A DNA stretch of 63,813 nucleotides, filler included, from Hyphochytrium catenoides (lineage: Eukaryota; Protista; Hyphochytriomycota), in NCBI GenBank assembly GCA_900088475.1. It is 9 parts of 9 records of this genome, joined end to end, with 100 filler letters (N's around TTAATTAATTAA, not from the genome) between each part and the next. Parts side by side here need not be neighbours in the genome. Positions count along the whole stretch, not along the records: positions 30,378 to 47,747 come from FLMG01002030.1; positions 47,848 to 54,291 come from FLMG01002352.1; 7 more parts are not named here. One strand, 5' to 3'. Made by a program: the position numbers and the translations under genes. Within the stretch, counting starts at the first letter, position 1; each line of letters begins with the position of its first letter. This document shows, piece by piece, positions 38,474 through 48,300 of this stretch. The notes under the pieces were generated by a model. The model did not search any database and was not told the origin of the DNA. It was given only the letters and a program-made list of their open reading frames with translations.

Positions 38474-38512
38474 TTCCCGCAATTTCTAATTTGGCGCCAA
38501 CTCAAAATGGCG
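38474..38512. promoter_or_regulatory. Candidate E2F sites upstream of MCM9
   Basis: TTCCCGC (38474-38480) and TTTGGCGCCAA (38490-38500) fit the E2F TTTSSCGC-type consensus, followed by AAAATGGCG (YY1-like); about 400 bp upstream of the MCM9 ATG. Confidence 0.45.
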
Positions 38513-38774
38513 TTAGCGGCTACTACGAGTGAAAGATGCCCGTTAACGGACAGCAACGGAGGAAAATTCGTCTTTATGACTGTCCGATTTGGACGGAGGG
38601 ATAGAGGAGGGAGGCCTAATGGAGATGATAAGATGATAAGGCATCAAATATTGGGCGAAGACAGGGACGGTGAATGGTACCAGCAAGGAGGGAAGGCTGA
38701 GATTTGGTTACAGGTAGTGGTCTGATGAGTAGGGTAATATTATCGTCAACGCCGAAAGAATAAATAAAGGTTTT

Positions 38775-40436
38775 TTAGTCGTCGTCCTCAGTAAATGTGA
38801 TCTTCTTGCCCGTGAAGGCTCCAAGTGCTTTCTTCTCTAACTCTTTCTGCTTGCTCTTGGCTTGCCAGGAAGGATGGAGCTCTTCGGGTTTCTCCTTCAA
38901 CTTCTTTTTAGATTTCTCCTGCTGTGGTGGCTGCGGTACTGACTTAACATGCGGGGCGTCCAACTTTTGCCGCTTCGCATTGGAGGCGAACCCAGATTGT
39001 ACTTCCTTCCTCTTCAGGCCCGTTCCTGTAGCTGATAACTTGCTTCTATGGTCACTAGACTTCGGGGCGTTGTGTTGTCTATGTCTTTGTCCGTGCCCGG
39101 CTCCTAGATTAGCCTTCATTCCCTCCTTCCTCTTTGCAGCTTCTTCCCGGACCAAGCCCCTGCCCAGACCCATGGCAGAAGTGGCATGTGGTAAGAAGTA
39201 TGCTACAAGGCAAAGCTCAAAGAAATAAGCAAAGCCTACCTTCTTCGTCTCTCTCTCTGTCCAGGCCTATTGCGACGGCCCTCCACTGCAAGCACGCCAT
39301 TGTCGAATTTCTGGGGTTACAGATGCTGCCAGCTTTAGAGCTCAGAGAAGCATTGCAGAAGGATAACATAAGGTCTATACCGGATGCATGTCTTCTCTCT
39401 CGGAGTCACTTTCAAGCTTTACCCCGCCCAGAGAGTCAACAAAGGTGGAGGATGGAGCCGCTCTCCGATCAGCCTTCTTGGCTCGCCTGGTCTCTGCTTT
39501 CTGAGCCTGGGAGTTGTAGCGGTGATGCCGGTGAAGTGGATAAGTCTGACGCAAGGGTTGTAGGGCATCTAGAAGATGACATTTCTCTTTGAGCATAGCT
39601 GCCGGCAACTTTCAATATAACGTACCAGCTTTTCTTTGCGCTTCTCCTGCCTCTTCTTTTCCAGAGGGTCAACTCCCTGCAATCGACATTTCCTAAGCTC
39701 CGTTGCTCTATTTGTGTTGGCCATTTCAGCGCCAAACAAACAGAATCGAAAGTGATGGAAACGGCCGAGGAAAGTGTGTCAGATGGTGACTGAGACTCCT
39801 GATGTTGGACCAAAAAATACCGCCTTACTCCTTATCGTAGCCTTCTAACAGAGCCTTCAGCTTGGGATTGCCCTTCAAAGACGCTTCAAATATACTATGG
39901 GAGGGCTCGGAAGCACTCTGCACTTCATTGCTCAATGTTCCTTCCTCCTCGTTAGAATGGCGCTCTTGGGTGGAGGGGTCTTTCGGTTTCGCTTCGCGAT
40001 GTTTACCTCCGTATTGTAAAAGACCAACCTCTGCGAGTTTTGACTGCAAAAATGGCTCTGGGGAAAGTGCCTGCCCGCTAATGTTAGCTGTTCCGCCAAG
40101 ATTAAGGAAACGAAGAGTAGGAACAACCTTTAGCTGTTTCAGCTCTTTCTCGAGGCTCTCAATCTTCTGCTCAGCTCTAGTGCGCTTAGACTCATCCACT
40201 TCGGCTGCGGCGCCATTACTCCCAGACAGCTCCTCCCTGAGTTTACGGAGCTTCTTTACATGCCTCAGGACTACAAAAGCTTTAATCTTCCTGATCTCTC
40301 CTAAAATCTCCTTTCGGGCCTACGTCATTCAATTAGACGGCGCAGAAATTCCAGGAAAACGTGAGAAACGAACCTTGTAAGCGAGCTTCTCTTCTGGAGA
40401 GAACTCCGGCTTCTTGCGTTTCACCGGTAACTTCAT
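38775..40436 (-). CDS. BUD22: BUD22/SRFBP1-family nucleolar protein (40S biogenesis)
   Basis: N-terminal MKLPVKRKK...ARKEILGEIRKIKAFVVLRHVKKLRK, STFVDSL, RRNRPGQRERRR, and C-terminal signature EELHPSWQAKSKQKE...AFTGKKITF; multi-exon. Confidence 0.85.
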
Positions 40437-41168
40437 CCTCAACTTAAGAAGGTATATCGCCACCCTTGAGGAAGGCTGGGGATAGCCAACTTCAGACCCA
40501 GTCCCACCTCTGAACGTCTACAGCTGAAGCCACCCGCATACTCTTGAAGCTTCTTTCTTTGGGAAACGTCTCTTCAGCAGCGCTTCGAAAACTCTGTGAG
40601 CGGCCATACATTATTGCCGTCAAATCATCTATGAGTTCTGAAGCTGCAGCTTCATTAAGTTGATGATGAAAGGAAGTGGATGGTTCTTATAAAGCTGGTT
40701 ACTATTTATTGGTAATCATAAGGCCATTTGCTTCGCTTCATTTCTTTCGGAAAGGTTTCACAAGGACAAAAGGAGTATTTGTTGTATGCCAGCTCTTCTA
40801 TAGTTCCAGGACGAGTGAAATATTCAATGATTGGTGCCCAACCAGTTGTGGTATTCCCTATCAGAGTAATAATACGGCCCTTAGACTGATAGCACCATGC
40901 AAATGACCCAAAAGCACCGTGATAGTAGTCTTGAAACGTATTATTATGCTTTAAACCTTTTGAAGGCCTAACAATTATAGGTACGTAATACGCAGCTTGC
41001 CCGCCACCCGCCTCATTTAACTCTATGGCTCCTGCGGCACTTAGAACTACATCGCCGCCACGGCACCGCCAGATGCAGGGAAAGGTGAAGCGGGATCGGA
41101 GCTCCGACCGTCATTGCCTATTGCCAACACTCGGTTTGACCTCGCCGAAGTAATTTACTGAAGCAATC

Positions 41169-42655
41169 ATGGCTGTAGGTAAGTCGCTGAATGATAACGG
41201 ATGTGCTAGTGGAGGGCCTGGGTTGGAGTGCTCATGAATGAGCTGGAATGACAAGGGTTTCAGCCTCCGGATACTGCCTCCTGTGAAGTCGGGGTTGGGA
41301 TGAGTCTCCTTGTTACGGGACAGCACTCTTTCTCAAGTTGAGCCATAGGATCTTTAGGGCAGATTAGAGCATACTTGAGGTCGAAGAGACGGGTGGAATA
41401 GGCTGCTTGGGCCAATGATTGCCCGCGTCAGCTAACTGGCTCTCATCATTCTCATTGGGCAGGCAAGAATAAGAGACTCACTAAGAGCAAGAAGGGCGGC
41501 AAGAAGAAGACGTAAGTGCAGAATCCGTTCCCAGAGTAGTATGTACGAGTATTTACTCCGTGAACTACCCCTCTCTCTAGCGTCGATCCTTTCTCAAGGA
41601 AGGATTGGTACGATCTGAAGGCCCCCGGAATCTTCACCAACAGAAACTTCGGCAAGACTCTGATCAACAGAACTGCCGGTGGCAAGATTGCTTCCGATGG
41701 CCTGAAGGGACGCGTCTTCGATGTCTCTCTTGCTGACTTGAACAAGGATGAGGAGCAGGCCTTCCGCAAGATCAGACTTTGCGTGGAGGATGTTCAGGTA
41801 CAGTTGCCATTGATTAGGCGACCCAGCCTTTTTTTTCCTCTCCTGTCCTCTTAACAGCTTCCTTCGACAACTAACGAGGCCTTGCTTGCGCGCTCCATGG
41901 TTTATGATGACCCCAATCCAACTATGACACTTTGGTGATTACCATTCTGCAATCCTGATGCCATAAGAGCCGTTATTTGCACACCACCTGGCCTTGTTAA
42001 TCTTTTTTTAGCTGGTTTGTAGTGTTAAGGTCATCCCTCACCTTCTCCTTGATTCTGCAGGGAAGCGTGTGCCTGACCAACTTCCATGGCATGGACATGA
42101 CCCGCGACAAGCTCTGCTCTTTGATCCGCAAGTGGCAGTCCCTGATCGAGGCTTTCGTTGATGTCCGCACCACTGACGGATACGTGCTTCGCCTGGTAAT
42201 TACCTTGGCTTGAAGTGTTCTCTTTGACTGACCGGCTCGCTGATTGCACTCCTGTGCTACTTTCTGTGACATTCTAGTTCTCCATTGCCTTCACCAAGAA
42301 GCGCCCCAACCAGTTCAGAAAGACTGCATATGCTCAGCACGCACAGATCCGTGCCATCCGCAAGAAGATGATGGATATCATGAGCGAGGAGGCATCCAAG
42401 TGCGACCTTAGAGAGCTTGTTCAGAAGTTCATTCCAGAACTTATTGGCAAGGAGATTGAGAAGGCTTGCCAGGGCATCTACCCTCTCCAGAACGTGTTCG
42501 TACGGAAAGTAAAGATTCTCAAGAAGCCCAAGTTCGACTTAGTCAAGCTCATGGAGCTCCACGGTGATGCCGCTGGTGAGGACACTGGCGCTGCTGTTGA
42601 GCGCGCTGAGGAACCCGCTGTTGAGACTCTTCCTGGGTCTGGTGGCCGTTTGTAA
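41169..42655 (+). CDS. RPS3A: 40S ribosomal protein S3a (eS1), 5 exons
   Basis: Exons 41169-41178, 41463-41511, 41581-41797, 42061-42195 and 42278-42655 give [35 protein letters not shown]...[27 protein letters not shown]...[29 protein letters not shown]...GSGGRL. Confidence 0.98.
41897..41964 (+). ncRNA. Intronic box C/D snoRNA (RPS3A intron 3), dual guide
   Basis: C box ATGATGA 41904-41910, D' ATGA 41924-41927, C' GTGATTA 41935-41941, D CTGA 41955-41958; terminal stem ATGG/CCAT plus GCTC/GAGC. Guide AATCCAACT is complementary to 18S GUAGUUGGAU; guide ATTCTGCAAT is complementary to 5.8S AUUGCAGAAU. Confidence 0.88.
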
Positions 42656-43510
42656 ATGATATGAAGAGCATCATCTCACCATGGTGAGAAGGCGGCAAAG
42701 GCAGGTCAATGGCAAATAAAAGAGGTCAGATTGCTCCATCTACCACGTTTCACAGGTTTTATAATAGCCCTAGTGTCCTGGTACTTGCACTTCTTTCTCA
42801 AGCTAAATTATCAGGGTCAGGACGTGCGCATCAACCTGGCAATTTTCTACCTAGCCGGCACAGTACGATCTGAGTGGGAATAATTCTTACTTGTGATGTC
42901 CGTCAAGCAATGGGTTTGGTCGGGACATGCGAATGAAGTTCAGTAGTCTGCAGTCTCGCAGCACTATTTCCGAGCAAGTCGCTTCTATAGTGCACCTATT
43001 ATCCCAGTCACAAAGTCCTCCTTCATCATCATGGACAGATATTCTTGATCCTCGAGTTCCGTCCTCCTACCAACAGCAGCCTTTCCTTTCTTCATCAAAG
43101 ACGATGGGATAAGAACATCTTGATGATGCCCGCTAAAGGAACATGGCTTACAATCTGCACTCATTATGATATCATTAGCGAAGCCTGAAGCCATCATCAT
43201 CAAAACCCATAATACCCATAAAGTCCTTGATATACAACCACCCAAGGGCGAGAATTTCGGAGAGAAATTAACTCTCGAAAGTTCTACGCCAATCTCCCAC
43301 TATTATCTGTACACAAACACAGGACTGAACCTTTCATGTCTGAAAGATAAGGCATCGAAAGAAAACATTGTTCAAGCGGCGTCCCAATTGTGCAGCGCCG
43401 CCAAACACCCTGATTATTCATTTTGGAGGCCCTTATTATTATCATGGAGAAGATGCCGCTCCTTCATTGTGGGACCTTGCATTCTAGAGGCCCATAACAT
43501 ACATGGCGGG

Positions 43511-44519
43511 ATGAAGCAAGAGCAGTTGCCGGTGTCATCTAGCTTGGGCCGGTGTACTACTGATAATAAGCTTGCACGTGTTGGCGGACCTGGGAGCCCT
43601 AAAAGTGAAAGAGTACCGCATGAGATGGAGCAGCCGGCCGGAGATTTGACACGCCAGAAGGCAGGCGATGGGTCCCTTCCCCTAGCGGGGAGAGAGCAGA
43701 CAAGCCTTCGCACCCACATTTTGGAGCTTTTCTCTCAACCAAAGCTCCTCATAACGTATCTCTGGATCCTCGTGCTGGTATCTACTCCTCCCACCATACA
43801 ATTTTAGATGTTGCCCTTACCATTGATCATTGTGGCCTCAACAGCTCCTATCTGGGTTGTATGGCGTTGCCTCGACTGTGGCAGCACTTTCAGTGGTAGT
43901 CTCTGAAAAGGACGACGAAGGAATTGAAGGAGCAACTCCCAGTGTCTTCCCTACGGTTTGGACTTCATTAGTAATGCTCGCGTTGAGCGTTGGCGGTACA
44001 ATAGTTATGAGGAAGGTACGGCTCATGAGGTAGCTTCTGCCACACCGTTTCTTGACCACCTGCCATTCCTCCCTACCTTCTGTGCAGTTTCAGAACCAAT
44101 TGTCGATGGGCTTTCTGGTAGGCTGTGTGGTGATGATGTCCGCGCATATGATAGCATGGGCCGTGGTCCACGTGGATGTGGCCGTTGGTCCTAAGTCTAA
44201 GGCCCCAGTATTGCAATGGGGTCTGTCTGTACTCTCGATAACTTTGTCGGTTCTCTATGTAAGTGACGATGTAGATGGAAAAAACGGCCTAGGGCCTATA
44301 GTCTCCTCCAACTGACTGCTGGAAGTACAGGGTGGTTTTGGTGCTTTAATGTTTCTTAGGATTGATTCCATTATACCAGAATCGTTCGCCCTCGAAGACG
44401 GATCCAACGAGGCGATCCCTAATGGCTCACACGAGGAAAGCAATGACAGATTGAGTTCCAAAGCCGCCATCTTAGACACCCTCAATCGACAGAGGCGTGT
44501 CTCTTCAGCATGTGTATAA
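43511..44519 (+). CDS. Uncharacterised 4-transmembrane protein, 4 exons
   Basis: Phase-0 GT-AG introns join ...KLLITYLWILVL|LLSGLYGVASTVAALSVVV...VFPTVWTSLVMLALSVGGTIVMRK|FQNQLSMGFLVGCVVMMSAHMIAWAVV...WGLSVLSITLSVLY|GGFGALMFLR...CV*. Confidence 0.8.
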
Positions 44520-45381
44520 TCTGCGCGTTCGGGCCAGGGCTCTCTTGCCCACCTCGCTCGTCTGGAGACTTACAATAGACCACTCAGGATGAAATAGGCA
44601 GTTACCCTTTACAACCAGCCTCAGAACTGATTGCTGGAAAGTTGTTGCGCCTTGGTGGACTATATTTTGGAAAAGTGTCTTGCGACGCATTGCACTAATA
44701 GACTATTACTCCCTAATAATAGTTGAGAAGCGTAGTGTTTCCTAGAGAATATACTGCACTCTTGGAGGTAGGCGAGAGTATACTCGCAAATCTCTAACTC
44801 CTAGAGCTCTGAATAAGCCCAGGATTGGCCTCAACAGGCGTGACCAGTCATACTCCTTAGACACTCTATTCCTCTTCATAATCGCGTCCAAACACACTCC
44901 TGCCCTCCAATAAGACTTAAACCGGGGAGACCCTGGTGTATAGACGCAGGTTACGCTCCCCACCTGCATTCATCTATAAGGCCCATGGGCTTGACCTCAA
45001 CCGTTGAGTCGGTCTGGAGAGAGATCTTCATTGTCATCTCGGTCTCCTACGACACAGTCGCTACATCATATGAAGATTGTGAAGATAAGAGCTCAAGAGA
45101 TGATGGAGAAAAGACAGAAATTTCTTCAGCACCAAAGCCTCTGGCTCGTAGAAACCTTTGTTTGAATCTTTCATCAAACTAAACCTATGCTAATGCACAA
45201 ACACAAAGGTTTCACTTTAGAATCTTTCGCGAAGCAAATATATATCGGAACCCTTCATAACAAGCCCGTTATTTTCGGGTTCTGATAGAAAGGGAATGTC
45301 CCTTGACGTTTCAGGTGTTAGGGAGAAGAGTGCGAACTGTTCTCTGCCCTTTCTTCTCTACAGACAAAGGAAAAGAGAGGG

Positions 45382-45429
<48 letters not shown>

Positions 45430-45931
45430 AAGAGAAGGGGGTGGTGAGGGAGGGGAAGAGAGAGAGACAGAGAGACAGAGAGAGACAGAGAGAGAGAGAA
45501 AGGGAAAGGGAGAGGGAGAGAGGGAGGGAGAGGGAGAGGAGAGGGAGAGGGAGAGAGACAGAACGAGCTAGAAACGGAGAGAGTAAGGCAAAGAGAGTGA
45601 GGAACGAGGGCAGGAAGAGACAGAGAGACAGGAAGAGCGTGACAGAAAGAAGAGAGATCGCAAAGACGTGAGAACGACGACGGAGAGGACTAGTCCTCTT
45701 CTTCCTTCGCTCCTGGGTCTTCTCACCGCTGCTTGACGTGCCCCAGGCTCACCTCCTACGCACTTCCTAAACGCATCCGGCCAGGTTGGAGCAACAATCT
45801 TTCCCATTCCAGGGCTGTGTCGCTGATACTACTCTAAATAGGATCCCGGACAGAAGTATCTACGTCGGCGCATACCAGGGACTTCCCCTGCCCGCAGAGC
45901 GGGAGGTTAGGACTGGAGGAAGTTTTGACCC

Positions 45932-47735
45932 ATGACATCTGTCGTACAGCCAAGTACGGCGCTTATGCCGCTTGCCGGGACAAGGGACGTGCAAACTCTA
46001 GTGAGGGAAAACGCAGAGGCGCTCGTCAGACGATGGACGGAGGTCGGTCAGTCTGCGGACGGTAATGGAGATGCAGTCCAGCGGAAAAGAATGAAGAGGG
46101 AACTCTCTCCTCTGCCTTTCTCTGTCCAAGCATTGTGCTCGAGTCAGCACTGCAGACATTGCCTCTTTGATGCTTTGAGTGAAGAGACTTGGCTCAATAT
46201 CATGTCGTACTTTGAGCTCTTTCGTGGGATAAAGGAGCTTGCAACCTGCTCCAAAAAGCTCTATCGCTCTGCGCACCATGAATCTCTATACCGCAGACTC
46301 TGTTTCCGCTTCACAGATGACCCTCAGAATGGCGTTCGAGACATTGCAGACCCAGATATGAGGCGAGTGATGCGAAGATCTCGGGGCAATCTGCAGGTTT
46401 TGGCCATAGATTACGTTCGCTATCGGAACATTCCCTTCACTATGAAGCTCTTTCTCGCCTCACTTCACTGCAGAAATCTCTCGGAACTCTATGTGAGGTC
46501 AGGGCTCTCTATTGCCTCCGCCTCTCTATTGCCCATCATTGCCGCGCAGAATTTTACGCTGAGAGCTATTGGTATCACCAGCAGCGCAGCCTGTGACACT
46601 CTTCTTCTTGCCATCTCTGAAGCCTGTCCCAATCTGGAGTGGCTAGCGCTCATAAACTCTATAGGAGTGACGGCTGCAGGTCTAAAGGCTGTTCTTATGA
46701 AGTGCAAGCGGTTGAAACACTTAGAGATGAACAATCTGCCTCACGTCACGCTCTCGGGAGAAGAAGAGGCAGACCAACAGGATGTAGAGTCTTTCTTAGA
46801 GGAAAAGAGCCCAAAGCACGCAATGTTGGATCAGCTGTTGGTCTCTACCACCGCCAGGATCGACTATCGCTTCTTCCTGCACGCAGGATTCCATAATATC
46901 ACGACGCTCTTTGTGCATAACACGGAACATCTGGAAGTGTTCCTAAGTACACTGACTACGGCGATCACTGTTCTGAAAAGGCTGAAAAGAGTCTCGCTGA
47001 TGAATATCCATACAAATAACTCCGTACTAGCGGCACTGGGAGGATGTACGCAGCTCGAGGTAAGTTTATCTTTGGAGAAGAGAGAACCCTAACCTAAGAC
47101 TGGCGGGCGATGAGCAAAGAAAGAGAGAGCCCAGCCTAGCCTGAGAATCGGTGGGGATGAGAAGAAGAGAAGAGTGAGTTTAACTAAGGAAGGTGCCCTT
47201 GCAAACAAGACACCACTAGAGAGCATGACTCACCAAAGTGCACGAGGAAGAGTCGTCGGCAAAGGATGAATTGCCATTGGGCAAACCCAATGTGTCGTTT
47301 GTTGCTAATTTAGCTTTTGTCCACCGGTGCTGCTTTTGTTAAGGTTCTATGTATCACCGAAGAGGCCGAGCACAACGTCAGCGATGAGGGCCTGACATCG
47401 CTTAGCTCTGGTTGTCACCAGCTAAGCTCTTTGCATTTCGACATGAGCTATGGAAAGCCTTGCGGAGTGACAGACGATGTAGGGTGGCTTTCTTATTCAA
47501 CACCAGCAGCATCTGCCAAAGACTGTGTTCCTTGGCTTTTTGTTCCATTGCCAGTTGGGCTGCTTCATGGGTTTTCTCGCCTCTTCTACTCCCGCTCGTT
47601 ATCTTCTATGGGTCGTCATGGGCTGTAGTGCTGAGAGTTGCTTTCGTTGCTCCGATCAGGCCCTGATGAAGATAGGAAAGAGCTGTAAGGTTCGATCAGC
47701 CTCCTTCAGGAACTTCTCTCGCATTAGTTTCGAAG
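45932..47735 (+). CDS. F-box/LRR (FBXL, AMN1-like LRR) protein; 3' end in gap
   Basis: F-box FDALSEETWLNIMSYF...LATCSKKLY...ESLYRRL; LRRs LLAISEACPNLEWLAL...VTAAGLKAVLMKCKRLKHLEM and VSDEGLTSLSSGCHQLSSL. Exons 45932-47059, 47344-47478, 47660-47735. Confidence 0.85.
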
Positions 47736-47791
47736 GTTAGTAGAGATNNNNNNNNNNNNNNNNNNNNNNNNNNNNNNNNNNNNNNNNNNNN

Positions 47792-47803
47792 TTAATTAAT
47801 TAA
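47792..47803. other. Artificial contig-join spacer TTAATTAATTAA
   Basis: Same N-flanked spacer. Confidence 0.95.
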
Positions 47804-48219
47804 NNNNNNNNNNNNNNNNNNNNNNNNNNNNNNNNNNNNNNNNNNNNAGAGAGAGAGAGAGAGAGAGAGAGATGCTGAGAGTTAGGGGGAGAAGGTGATG
47901 TGCATAGTAAGGAAGACGAAGAGGAACAAATGAAGCTGAAAGAGACACACAGCAAGAAAGAGAGAGAGGCAAAAAGGGGAGAAACAAAGACAATGAAGGA
48001 GAAGAGGCAGGAGCGGAAAGAGGAGTCACGCAGGTGCTAGATAGAGAAGAGTCCTAATACCAGCAGAAGCGAGGAAAGGCATGACTGGAGAGACAGTGGA
48101 CAGAAAGAGGGGAAGAGAGACCCCCGAAAGAGATGAAGAGTGGGAGAATACACCGAGAAAAGGAAAGATTTTGAAAAGAAACTTGCAGAGATTATCAGTA
48201 CCAAGGCAAAGCCACCACC

Positions 48220-48277
<58 letters not shown>

Positions 48278-48300
48278 GAAGATCGAGGGTCCCGTGGTAC

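Noticed and set aside
41179-41462. Second snoRNA (SNORD73-like) in RPS3A intron 1
   Set aside because: ATGATAA is present, but I found no downstream CTGA D box, terminal stem or recognisable rRNA guide.
42940-43245. Minus-strand ATGATGA...CTGA and ORF 42985-43245
   Set aside because: No terminal stem or rRNA complementarity; the ORF begins at TTG and has no recognisable homology.
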